The position numbers and the translations under genes are program-made. This document shows positions 48,694 through 61,379 of a stretch of DNA of 64,000 nucleotides, one piece after another (positions within the stretch are counted from its first letter, which is position 1; each line of letters begins with the position of its first letter). The DNA lies in the NCBI RefSeq assembly GCF_036321535.1, contig NC_087437.1:121894001-121958000 (forward strand). Direction: 5' to 3'. The DNA comes from Camelus dromedarius. Lineage: Eukaryota. The notes beneath the pieces are model-generated. The model was not told the DNA's origin, ran no database searches, and was given only the letters and a program-made list of their open reading frames with translations.

Positions 48694-51600
48694 CTGGTAT
48701 CAAGATGTTCTAGAACACTGAAGAAACCGGAGCAGGGGTATTAGTTCTGAAAGTGGCAAATAGCTCAGCAGATCCAAGGAGAGAATCTAGAGCCCAGCTT
48801 GTGAGAGGGCAGATCAGTGTGTGAGAAGCCTGGACAGGAGAATGCAGGGAGTAGGTCAGATTTGTGTGACTTGCTCAGATGTATGTGGCTGACCATTCAC
48901 AGTTTCTTGCCCTGAGGAAGGATCGATCTTGCCTCAGAATCAAGGATGTGCAGCTGAGCCTTGGGGAAGGGGGGCTGCGGGAGGCGTGGGCTTTGCCGTG
49001 GATGTGGGTGACTCATGGACAGCTGTGGTGTGTCTGCAGCAGAGGGGAGGAGCACAGATGTTCCCACAGTGGCCAGAGGTGGCATCACAAGGAAAGACAG
49101 CTGAGGAACTGACCAAGAGGGTAAGAAAAGCAGAAAATGTGGGTGAATATCTTTGGGATGACTTCTCCAGTAATAACACCAAACCTGGAAACTAAAAGAA
49201 TGCCAGATTTCAGACCTTCTGTAGGGCAAGATCACCACGTACCAAGTTCAAAGGCCAGTAAGTGGAGTGGACACGTGTGATAGCCAGTGGTTAGTAGAGA
49301 GCGCGTCCCCAGAGCCCACGGAAGGTGAGGGAGGTGGTGGGGATGCTGCGGCCTCTGACATCGACGAGGCTTTTCCACCTGAAGAGGAAAACTTGCTGCT
49401 GTTTATACTTTATTAAGGGCTCAGTATGTTAAATATATGATAATAGCTTTATTTTGGAAGCGTTTATAATCTGTCTCACTTTATTTTAAAAAATACATAG
49501 GTGCATGTTACCATGAGAAACTACCAGAAGAAAACACACTCTGCTGCTGCCAGTGCTTCTGTCTGGGAACTGGAGGTGCTTTTAAATATACTTCTTGCAC
49601 TTTTCTGCCTTTTCTGAACTTTCTGCACGGAGAGCAAGCATGTGTTTTGCAGGAGTGTACGTTTGCTGTCGTGAAGAACAGGGCTGGGCACCTGGCCTCT
49701 GTCCCGACCAGGACCCGCTGTCACACGGCAGCCAGCTCCGAGGAGGGCAGGGCAGAGCCTGACTGAAATGCTTGTGTTTGGGGAGTTGTCTAGAAAGTCT
49801 GGTAGATGCGTTTTAGTCAACTTCGATACCCTGGTGAGAGTTCCCATGTCTGATTCTGGTCATCAGAGTGACCGACTCAGAACACTAAGAAAGTAAAAAT
49901 AATGAAGTTTAAAATTTTAATTTAGGAAATCCATGTATTGAAACATGAGATTGAAACAGAGTCCTTTTATAAATGATTACACGTGGATAGTGAAAAAGTC
50001 CACCGACATAACTTAAAAAGACTGATATATGTATGTGTGTGTATGTATTTGCACACGTGGAGTATTGGTCTATCTTAAATAGGAAAACAAAACAGAAAAT
50101 TACCCCATCCCAGGACTTGAGTGGGTGCTGTGAGCATGACACTGAGCTGCTGAGCAGAGGAAATCCGCGTCAGGCGTGCGGATGGGCGAGCGCCTGCTCT
50201 CCCAGGCCAGGGAGCACGCCCGGCCCGGCGTGCAGGGTGGTGCTGGGCAATGCTGGGCGGAGGTCAGGCGAGGGTCGCTCAGGGTCTTGGCCTCTGCGTT
50301 CTTTGAAGACCACGTTCCACCATGCATTGGCCTCAGGTTGCTATGTTTTGAGGTGGAGGAGTAAAAAGGTCCAACACCTGGCCGCCGCCGCCGCCGCCTT
50401 TCTGCTGGGACTGCCACTAAGAGCATACTTACTTAGGGGCAGTAATTGCATCGCTGGACTCTGGGATGGGGTCGAGCGGACTCACCCTTGCCTGTCCTCC
50501 CCCAGAAGCGCTTGCAAATCCTAGTTACCCCAGCTTCTCGCTGGCACTGCAGGGCTCCACATTTGCTCGGTTGGAGGGGTAAGTTAATGAGACACTCCTT
50601 CCCCCAGATCTGGGGGAACTGTGTCCTCTTGAAGTCACACCTTTGCTCTGGCCTGTTTAGTTTTAGGTAAAAGCAGTGGCATTTGCTCTTCTCCCTTTGT
50701 TGAGATCTGTCGTAGAGTGAGTTCCCATCTAGCAGAAATGGGAACCTGGAGCAGATTCCTAGGATCTGTAGCTCCAAGTGTGTCCTGCTGTGAAGTCACT
50801 GTTACCCCAGTCATCATTAAGGGGTCTTTGGAGGTGGCAGGCCCATGGCCACTGCCCCCACTCTCTCCTGATCTCTGCTCGCTCATCCTCTCCTCACTGG
50901 AGCCTCTGGAGCCAAGGCTCCAGGTCAGGGAGCCTGCGGGGTCCCTGTCCTGCCCCTGCCAAGCGAGGTGGGACAGCTGGGTGTCTCCCTGTGTACATCA
51001 CGATGGGCCCTGCCATGCACATAACATGGACACTGAAACTGATGTGAAATGTGTAAGTGGGAGGGTGGCCAATGGCGCAGATGTGCGCGCGCGTGTGTGT
51101 GTAGGGGGGCCGAGAGTCAAGGTGGGGGCCTCAGTGGGATCTAGTGAAGGCCCTCCCTCCCTGAGCTGCGGGCTGTCAGCTCTCAGGCTGCTGGGCTGGG
51201 CAGGCAGCTCTGCTCTGAGGGGGCAGTAGGAGGATGAAGCCACCCCTTCTGCTCCTGGTACACGTTCTGATGGGAACACTAAGATTGCAAGAAAGTCCTC
51301 TCCGCCTAAAATTCGGGAAATTACAAGCAGTAGCTCAAATAAGAGTGTGACTGTTATTTGTGTCTGTGGCTAAATCTGAAAACGGAATAAAAGTTTGCTT
51401 GTTAATTGTGCCTCTTTTCTAGTCTGTGCTTTTAAGATGTCTTTCTAATGGTAAAATTCTGCCGTGGGTGTGCAGTCACGTGCACGGTGCTGGGGTGTCG
51501 TGTTCAGACCACTGAGGGTGCGGGAGCCTGGGCTCACGTGGCCCCCGTGTGGTCCGCGGCAGCTTCCACCTGCTTCCACCTGGGCCGTGTGGGCGCCCGC

Positions 51601-52899
51601 AGCGCCCGAGCCCCGAGCGGAGGAGCACGCCTCGTCACACGCGCCCTCATTGTGTTTCTCCTCATTAATTGAATTACGAGTCTCCTAGGGGTAGGTATAA
51701 CGTCTTCTCTTTCTTTTCCTATCTGAGAACTATTATTTCACTCTGTGATTCTGAAAAAAGAGAGAGTGCCCATGGGCGTAAGGGCACACACACCCTGGGC
51801 CTCCCAGCACACTTTCTTATTAAAGTTCTGCCCATTCTCCCGGGGCCCAGCCCGCAGGGAGAGGAGCCCTGCAGGGCAGCGCAGCCGCCCCGCCTGGCGG
51901 TGTGTCTTCCACATGCCCCGTCAGGCTCGCGCAGGGGCTGCCTCCCACCGGGCGAGTGCTCTTCCAGGCTCGGGGCTGTGGCAGGGAGCACAGCTTGTTC
52001 TACTGGGGGCAAGAGAGCAGAACAAAGGAAATGACCTGAAAACGCAGCAGTCACAGGCCAGATGGATGAGAAGAGGAGACGACAAAGTGGGGGGACTGCT
52101 GGCTGGTGGTCCCGGGGGCCTTGCTGAGGCGGTGGTGGTCCAGCTGGTGGCGCAGGGGGCCTTGCACACAGTGGCCCGGGATAGGGGGGAGCTGGGTGGG
52201 TTGGGGGAGGGAAGGGAAGAGCGCAGCTGGGGATGGTGAGGAAGGGGTGGGGAAGATGTCTCACCCTCTGGGCCCTGGGGAGTCAGGGAGGAAGGTTCAG
52301 ATGGGAGGCTGCTGCCTGCAGGAGAGCCGACGGAGGTGGTGACCGGAGCTGGGGGGCTGGGGCAGCCAGGGAGGTGAGTGAGGACTGGGGGATGATGCAG
52401 GGGCTTGAGCAGCTGAGGGGACGATGAGGGGTGGCCGGAAGTCAGTAGCTGGTTTCGGACTTCGGCCCTGGACACCCAGGTGGCATGGACAGGTGGGCAG
52501 TGGGCACAGGGGTTCATGGGAGAGGACAGTGTCGGGGAGGGACTGAGGGAGTTACCAGTGCAGAAGGAACATTTCCGGCTGCAGACTGGGCGGCTCTCCC
52601 TGGGAAGTGAGTGCAGTGAGTAGAGGGGAGCAGAGGACCTGGGCCACCCCCAGGGAGCCTGCAGCTGGAGCTGCCCGATGGGATCCAGTGTCTCTCCCCA
52701 GGCTCCGCTGGCTGTGTGGCACTGCATCACCCTTCCCACCCCTGGGCTGCCTGTCCCTGAGCACTGTCCCCCTCTGGGAGGTCTGGCCCTGTTCTAGATT
52801 TCTCCCCCTCCGAATTCAGGATTTGGACCTGCATGCACACTCCAGTCCTGTGCCAGGTCCTGGTGGGTCCGGACAACATACTTTCCTCTTTCCCACCAG

Positions 52900-55800
52900 C
52901 CCATCTTTCTGTGTGCTTATATGCCAACCACATGCTTTCTTTGGTGAAGGATCTGATTGAATATTTCGCCCATTAAAAAAAAATTAGATGGTTTGTTTTC
53001 TTGTTGAGTTTGAGAGTTCTTTGCGTATTTGAGTTGTAATCTTTGTGCTGGTGGAGGGTTTGAAATAGTGCCAGAATGACCAAAATGTGACACAGATGCG
53101 GGAAGTGAGCAAATACTTTTGGAAAAATGGCGCAGATAAATTTGCTTCACTCGGGTTGCACAAACCTTCAATTTGTGAAAAACGCAATCTCTGTGGTGCG
53201 TAATAAAGTGAAGTGTGATAAAATGAGGTCTGCTTATATATTGATTTTTTTTTTAGTATAAAGTCATTTGCATTTCTGCATTGAAATTCACTTTGTTGCG
53301 ATGTACTTTCATATATTGTAGGATTGTATATGCTAAAATTTAAGAACTTTTGCATCTATATTTATGAGGAATTTTGATGTGCTTACTGGTAGTATCTTTT
53401 TGGTTTTGGTATCAGGTTAACGCTTGCCTTGTAGAATGAGTTGGGAAGTGGTCTCGTATTCAGTTTCCAGGATAAGTTGGTAAAGAATTAGTATTATTTC
53501 TTCCTTGAGTACTTCTTCCATTGAAGCCATCTTGACTGGCTCCTTCTTTGTTGGGAAGGTTTTTAACTTGAATATATAGGGTGATCTGATTTTTCTTGAG
53601 TGAGTTTTGATAGCTTTATTCTTCTGAGAACTGCACCTAAGTTGTTAAGTTTATTGGCATGCAGTAGTTCCTAACATTCCTTATTATGCTGTATTTGTTC
53701 TTTTCACGGAAGTGAAATTCGCATAACACGCACGAATCATTTGGAAGTGCACCACTCCGTGTGTTCAAAGCTGTGCAGCCGCCACCCAGTCTTGGACTTT
53801 TTTTCAAAGTCTGAGATTTTCTTTTTTTTTATCACCCAGAGGAGCATCTCACACCCATTAGGTAATCACTCGCCTCTCTGCCCTTTCCCCATCGCCTGGA
53901 CACCACTTAGCTACTTTCTGTCTCCGTGGATTTACCTAATCTGGATATTTCACATAAATGGAATCCTACGGAATGTGACCTTTTCTGTCTGGCTTCTTTC
54001 ACTGAGCATCGCGTGTTCAAGGTTCCTCTGAGTTGGAGCATATATCAACCCTTCATTGCTTTTTACGGCTGCGGAATATTCCGTTGTGTGGACAGATTAC
54101 AATTAGCTTATCCATTCGTTGATGGACCTTTGTGATGTTTCCTCATTTTGGCTATTGTGAATAATGATGCTGTAAACAAGTATCTGATTTTCTCTTTTCA
54201 GTTCTTTTGGGTGAATACCTAGGTGTGGAATGGCTGGGTCATATGATAATTCTGTGTTTAACGTTTTGAGGAACTGGCAGTCTGTTTTCCAGAGGCGGCA
54301 CAGTTTTACTTTCACACCAGTCATGTATGAAGGTGCCCTTTTCTCCACATCCTCACCAACACGTGAGTGTATGTGGAGTGTTACTGTGTGGAGGGCTCTA
54401 GAAATGTCAGCTGTCCTGGGGGGACAGTGTTGTTTGAGTGTGCTGTATCCTTCACGGTCTAACTAGTTGTTTTGACCCCTTTATTATCATGTAATGTCCT
54501 CTTTCACGTCTGATAATACTCCTTGGTCTGAAACCTACTTTATCTGAAGTTAACGTAGCCCTTCCAGCTTTCCTTTGATTAGGATTAGGACATCTTTCCC
54601 ATCCCCTTTACTTTAACCTATTTTATCTTTACATGTAAAGTGAGTTTCCTATAAATGGTGTATGGTGACGTCCTGTTTTTTATCCAATCTTGACGTCTCT
54701 GTATTGTAATTAGGATGTTTTAGATCATTTGTATTTAATGTGATTATTGATATGATTGAGTTTAACCATCATTTTGCTATTGGTTTTCTATTTGTCCCAT
54801 TTGCTATTAGATTTTCTCTATCTCTCTTTTGCCTTATTTGGACCGAGTACTTTTTATGGTCAAGTTTATCACCTTTCCTCGCTTATTAGCTATCTCTCTT
54901 TGTTTTTAGAAGTTTCTTTGGGATTCATTGTCTTCAAGTAGCGTCAGCCCAGTTCCCGTAGAGTGTAAGCCTCACAGCAGTGCCCGTCCGCCTCGCTTCC
55001 CCCGGCCCGTGTCATTGTTCACGCCGCTTTGCCTCCACACTGCTGTAAGCCCCACAATACACTGTGAACATTCTTTGCTTTAAATAGTCCATATCTTTTA
55101 AAACAGTCTTTAAAATTTAAAAAGCTGTTGTATTTATTCATGAATTTTCTGTTTTTCATTTCTTTTTGTAGATTTAGATTTCCTTCTGATATTATTTTTC
55201 TTTTGTATGATGGACCTACTTTAATATTATTTGTAGTTTAAAAGTGCCAGTGATGAATTATCTTAGCTTTTGCTTGTTAGAAAAAGTCTTCATTTGGCCT
55301 TTGTATTTGGAAGTTATTTTCACTGTAAATGGTAACTCAGGCTGACTGTTCTTCCCGTTGTTACTTTAGAGACGTCATTCCGTTGGCTTTGGCTTGCGCT
55401 GTTTCTGGGAAGTCTTTGTCCACCATGTCTGTCTGCCCCTCTGTGCACCATGTTTCTTTTTTCTTCGGCTGCTTTTAAGGTTTGCTCCTTTGGGTTAGGT
55501 GGTTATCATGTTCCTTCGCTTGATTTCCTTCCTGTTTTCTCCTGCTTGGGGATTGCTGACCGTCTTGGATTTATGGGTTCATAAGTTTTAAAATTTTTTG
55601 TCATTGTTTTCGTCCCATCCTGTTCTCCCCACTGAGTGTCCAGTTACACAAATATTTCTGGTTTTTCTTTTTTTGAAGAGGGAGTCTCTCTTTCCCTGTG
55701 TCATTTCAGACCATTTGTCTGTGCAGATTATTTTGCCTGCACGTTGACTGATTTTGCTTTTTCTAGTGTCTAGTGTGATGTTAATGCCATCTAGTGTATT

Positions 55801-56760
55801 CTTCATCTCAGATATATTTTTCATCTCTAGATACTTGATATGAGTCTATTTTTAATGCTTTTCAAGTCTCTCCTGGCTTGTTGTGCTTGCCTCTGTCTTG
55901 AACATGTGCACCGTGCTTGTAATTGCTGATTTAAGGACCTTATGGACTAATCATTTCCATGTGTGATTTCTGGAGGTTTTCTTACTGATCAACTATCCTC
56001 ATTATGAGGTATATTCTCATGCTTCTTTGCATGCCTGGTATTTTTTAAGTGGATGAAAGACAGCGTGATTTTATGTTGTTGGGTTCTGTATTCTTTTAAA
56101 TATTTTGAACTTTCTTTTTGGAATGTAGTTCAGTTACTCGGGAAGCTTAGGCCCTTTGGTGGTGTGTTGTCAGCACTGAGAGGCAGCACCTGGTTTAGTC
56201 TGGTGCTGATGTGGCCCTGCCACTGAGGCTCTGCTCTCCCGAGTGCCCAGCCCGGTGGCCCCTGTGTCACAGGTTCCCTCGTCTGCGTTTTGAGAGTGTG
56301 GTCTGTTCCTGGAGCCGTGGTGATCACAGCCACCCTTTGTCCTGCTTCCTTCTGCTGGCACCTCCCCTGGCCTCAGGCGGCTCGCTCACTCCCGCCTGCT
56401 GACCAGTGTCCCGGTGAAGAGTCAAGCGAGCCCGCGCCGACCGGGGCCTGGGCCATTTCCCAGCCGTCTCCTTCCTGCCACTCTGCCCTGCTAATTCCAG
56501 GTGCTGTGGCCTCCTTGAGTCTCAGCTGTTTTCCCATCTCAGGCCTCCCCTGGCTTTCCTGGGTTCCCCCTCCCTGGGCTGAGACGCCCCCCGAGCTGTC
56601 GGCTGGGCAGCCAGGACGCACCCCGGGTGTCCCTCCCTCGGGGTCATTGTCCTGTGCTGCTTGTCGTCCAGGGTCAGCGCTCCTTTGTCTGGCGTCCTTT
56701 CTCTGTGTTTCCGTTGTTTGCAGCTAGAGGGCCAGCCTGCTTCCTCCTCTCCTGCCGTGG
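52900..56760 (-). mobile_element. Cluster of old antisense L1 fragments: ORF2, L1MB-type 3' end ~53690-54365, ORF1 and 5'UTR remnants
   Basis: Antisense 'ELSYDPAIPHLGIHPKE' and ORF1-like 'ISEMKNTLDGIN'. Confidence 0.7.
53058..53236 (-). mobile_element. Tigger1 5'-terminal fragment
   Basis: Minus strand 'agcagacctcattttatcacacttcactttatt...gattgcgtttttcacaaattgaaggtttgtgcaaccc'. Confidence 0.85.
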
Positions 56761-57268
56761 CTGCCCATGGGCGCCCTCTCCCTGGTCTTCAGCCCGCGCT
56801 GGACAGGGGCTCGGGCTGCCGCCCAGCGGCCCCTTAGGTCTGCCCGGGCCGGCTCATGGTGCTCGGCAGGGCGCTCCTCAGACTTGGAGCTGGGACCACA
56901 GGGGTGGGCATCTGGGTGGGGCCCTGCCTCCCCCTCACTGCTCCCCACAGACTGAAAGGGACTGGGGAGTCAGCACTGCCCCAGGCTTCCCTCGGGTTTA
57001 GCACCGTGGGCTCCAATCAGGAGAGTCTGGGCTCGGGGTGTTTGTCAGTATCTTTTAAGTTCCAGACTCAGGGCAGTCCCAGCACCTTCCATGGACTTCT
57101 TTTCCTTGGAAACTGCCTCTGCCCTTCCAAATAACTGGTTATGACTGTATTCGTTTAATGAATTACTTTATTTGGATAAGTTTGACATCTAAGGTGATAG
57201 ATCATTCTTTGGGTTATTTTCTACCTATGATTTCCAGTTATAATTTTATTTTTTTAACCTGTTTACAG

Positions 57269-57338
57269 GGCTGTCTACAGAAAGAAGATTTTCACAGGGT
57301 TCCATGTTGGTGGTGCCTCTCACTCTGCCCTTAGAGAG
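57269..57338 (+). other. Candidate 70-nt internal exon, gene unidentified
   Basis: Acceptor 'ttttatttttttaacctgtttacag', donor 'GAG|gtatgc', two open frames; no recognised homology. Confidence 0.2.
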
Positions 57339-58497
57339 GTATGCCTTTAAATCAATTCTTTCTGCGTCAGTTGATTTTTAAAGTCTTGCTTTCGTATGAA
57401 GCCCTGTGTCTTTCTGACTCTCCTGTGGCCTGGTTTTATGTCACATGAGGGACCTGTCACAGGTCAAGGTGCAACAGCGGTGTCAGTGACACGCACCGGT
57501 TACCTTCTGGCTTCCGCAGAAGCAGTGTTTAAAAAGAGGGTTTCCTCCTCGTTGGTTAACCTTTCTTCTTCAGAGTTAACCTGACTAAACCGTCCAGCAG
57601 GGCCTGAGGACGAGCTGTCAGCGTGTCCCCTGTTCCAGCAGTGCCCATCAGCCGGGCAGTGACAAGTACGCCCTGTGGCTGTGACAGTGTGTGTCCAGGC
57701 CCTGTGGACACCCCTTTGTGGCTGTGACTCCGGTTTTGCAGAGCACCTTGAAATTATTCCTTTTAAATTTATCCTTAAGATGCCTTCGTTTTTCCAAAGC
57801 TTATGAACGATCTTTCTTTATACGCGCGCGGCAGTCTTGCGTGGAGGACGGATGTGGTCACGGTGGGGGCGCCTGCTTCGTGCTGGCTCTGCTGGTCTGC
57901 GCATCTCACACCCGACTCCCCCTCACCGCACAGCGCCCGCAGGGTGGGGGTGGTCCTTCGACCCGTGGTTCACGGCTTGGGGAGGCGACGACATCTCTGT
58001 GCTTGTCAGGGGAGGGGTGGGGGTCTGAGCCAAGGCCTCTGACCTCTTGAGCCTGAGTCCACTTCACGACGGCAGGGGAAGCGGGAGCTGCCCTAGCCGT
58101 GGGATGTGGGCTCTGGACTCGGTGTCTGTCCTCCCCGGTGGTCTCGACCGCAGCCCTGAGGGGCTGCCGTGGGGTCACGGCTCAGCCGGCCCTGGTCGCA
58201 GAGCCCTACAAGCACCATGGTGACCTTCCGGAGTCGCCAGCCGCCCCCTCAGGAGACATGAGCCACGGTGGCAAGGCGTCAGAGAGCACGTGCACCCGGG
58301 CCCTTGGGGACGGTGGTGACGGGGCCGACGGACACTTGAAGAGAGGAGTTCTTAGTTAGCAAGTTGCCTGAACAAAGCCCTTAACTGCTCTTTCGTTCAT
58401 TCAGCAAATATTTAAGAATGCTTGTGATGGGCCTGGAACCCCGCTTCCATTAGTTCGTGTCACTTTGTGGGGGTGACAGAACATAGGAGCAGTAAGC

Positions 58498-58531
58498 CAG
58501 TGTGTCACACAGTGTGTCACACAGTGTGTCA
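58498..58531. repeat. 12-bp minisatellite (cagtgtgtcaca) x ~2.8
   Basis: Direct reading. Confidence 0.85.
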
Positions 58532-60850
58532 GGTGGTGACGCTTGCTGGGCAGGGCTGGAGGAGGCGGGTGCAGTTTGGAATGGGTGGGGAGCAGGCATC
58601 TGAGCAGAGCTTGAAGGAGGCGCGGGAGCGAGCCTGTGGCGGGTGCAGGGTGGAGGCTGAAGGAGCCCGGAGCAGAGGCCCTGGGCCATGTGTCTGGCGT
58701 GCTCACGGGGCAGCCAGGGGCCGGGGGTGCCTGGGGGGTGGGGGGCGGGGAGTGGAAAGGCGGGGCCGGGAGACGAGGGCCGCAGGGGACGTGCCAGGGG
58801 CCTGGAGGGTCGTGTCTCAGTGCGGGGATGAGGACTGAGTGTGGGAGCGGGAAGCCAGGTCATCTTTTTTCTCTCCTTGCGGATTCTTTTTACAAACTAA
58901 AGCTGTAACAGTACCCACTTCTTAGAAGACATCCGAATCCCTCCTGGCCTGGGACCAGCTTTGTAATCGTGCTGACCTGGGTCTCATTTCCACAGAAGTC
59001 CCGAGGGAAGGGCCTCTGGAACTCAGGCACGTAAACAGCCCCCTGTGTGTGCTGGGCCTCTCTCCCAGGACGCTGGTGTTGTCCATGTCCCTCCCCTGGC
59101 AGACAGGGGGCAGGGGCTCGCCCTGGCCTGCAGTTCTGGGGGTAAACCGACATGCATGGGTGGGGCGGGCGGGCGGGCCCAGAGCTGCTCCCCCTGTCTG
59201 CGTGTGCCAGCTCGACTGTGGGCACCAGAGAAGGCCCGAGGCACGCGGGCCGCGAGGCCGAGACAGCAAGGCCGCTGAGCCCCAAGACAGTGATTCTGAA
59301 GGACGGGGGGAATGAGGGCTTGGTTAAGGGAGCCAGCAAGCTATTTACAGGGCACCCGTGCCTCTTCTGCGGGTGGGGAGGGAGCTGTTAGGAGCACTGA
59401 GCTGGTGGAAACAGAAATGAGTCTGCTTGCATTGGTAATCCTGGTGGAACCCTGCAGTGTCTTCCTTGGGGGGCCGGGGGTGGGTGTGACGAACCCGTGG
59501 AACTCATCTGCGGTGGATGTTTCCCAGGGGAGATGGTGGCTTTGGAAGAACTTGGTTTTCCATTTTCACGTCTTCGAGAACTTTCCACGCTTCCTGAGAG
59601 TGGAGAAGGGCAGTCTTTCGTGGTGGAGCCGCAGACAGGCCTCCCCCAGCTTTTGTGCGGTGCTGAGACGCAGGTGGGTGTCCTGATCCCTGCTCTGTTC
59701 TGTGGGGACTCGGGCTCCCAGGGCCCCACAGCTCGGTCAGGGCAGAGCCCACCCCTCACCCGGCTCAAGCCGGGGCCTGCGACTACATGCAGATCAGGAA
59801 ACTAACAAACGATAGCGAAATTTGCTGAGATTTTTATTGACTTTGGGGTCTTTTATTCTTGGTAATACTGAATTGATTATTTGCTTTTTATGTCCGCCCC
59901 CCCCCCCCCGCTGCATCACGATAACTACTTTTACTGCACAACTGGAAAATTTGGAAAACATGGAAAAGAACTCTGAAACTCAGCGACAGTGAGTGCAGAC
60001 AGGAGGGCCGTGCGGATGAGACTGTCCTTGGTGACCCCCCACCGTCAGCCTGCGCTTCACAGGGTCACCCTGAAATCTCCTTCTCACAAACCCCCATAGC
60101 TTCTTCTGTCCCGCACTGTCCCTCTGCACCACACTAGCATGCCGTGTCCTCTTGCCGGGGAGACCACGCAGCCCTGAAGACCGCCCAAGGGCCTGGGGGG
60201 CCCCAGCCCCGCCCAGACCCCTAGTGGGTTTGCTTTTATGTGAAGCCTTCCTTGTACATCTGATCTTTCTTCCTCAGGTTTCTAATGTAATCAGCTTTCC
60301 GTCTCAGCTCATTTCAAGGAGAAAAGCTGAGATAGGAAATTGGTGGGAAGCTTGTTAAGGAACAATCAGACACCCAGCCCTGTGCCCGCGCCTTGACAGA
60401 CCCCTCCCCACCCTGGCCAGGCACAGAGGGCCTCCCTCGTGGGTGGGTCAGGGGCCTGCGGGCATGGCAGGGGGGCTGTCCTAAAGAGAAAGCAGGGCCA
60501 CACTCAGTGGGTTTTGGAGCATTGTGACCCCAGCCCTACCCTGTTCACACCCAGAACCCTGGACACCCTGTGGACCTCTGCGCGGGGGAGGGGAGAGGGG
60601 GGTACAGGGTGGGGAGGAGGGTTAATTCCCGAGTTTGTGGGAGGAAGCTAGGAGATGGTGCATAAAATCGCAGAGGCTCAGAGCCTGTTGCCAGAACCTC
60701 AGAGATAAGAGGAAAGAGGGCGAAGATCAACACTGCCGGGATGGGGTGGGGGCTGGGGGCGGGCAGGGCTGGGTTGGGGGGTGCTACACTGTTTGCACCA
60801 TCAGCTTTGTGGGGCTCTGGGACTCCTAAAACCATTACATTTATAATTTG

Positions 60851-60922
60851 GGGTTTTTTGTTTGTTTTTCTTGTATATATATCTATATTTTATTGAAGTA
60901 TAGTCAGTTTACAATGTTGTGC
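60851..60922 (-). mobile_element. Tiny L1 3'-end insertion with TSD
   Basis: 'ttttattgaagtatagtcagtttacaatgttgtg'; flanking repeat ttataattt at 60841-60849 and 60923-60931. Confidence 0.8.
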
Positions 60923-61379
60923 TTATAATTTTGTTAAAAATATAAATTACAAATTTATGTAGAAAATTCTACTTTACAAAAAAAAAAAATTGGAAAGCAG
61001 GGCCCCTCCGCTCCCCCGGCTGTGCTTCTGCCAGGCCATCTGCCCTCCCCAGCGGAGCTCCGCCTGCCGCGGGGCCTCTGCCTGCAGCCTCCGCCACCTC
61101 TGCCGAATCTGGTGGAAGGCCTCTGTCCTTGGGGAGCTGGGCTCTGCGGCTTCAGGCCCGTAGAGCCCCCTCTTCTTGAGCTGAGGCCCTTCTCCGGCTT
61201 TGCTTGCCTGGTTTTCCACGTTTGTGTGTGTCACCTGCCGCTGCCCCCGCCCCCGGCACGTGGGCCTTCACTGTGCTGTCACAGCTCCTTCTCGGCACCC
61301 CGGGAGGACCCTGCTGACGGCTGGTGCCCGGGGCCGTGGGTGGGGGGCCGAGGCTCTGCTGCGGGCAGTTTGGTATGTT

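Noticed and set aside
51921..52739. 272-aa Pro/Ser-rich minus-strand ORF and other GC-rich ORFs at 35-64 kb
   Set aside because: Overlapping ORFs occur on both strands with low-complexity composition and no recognisable domains, as expected in GC-rich DNA
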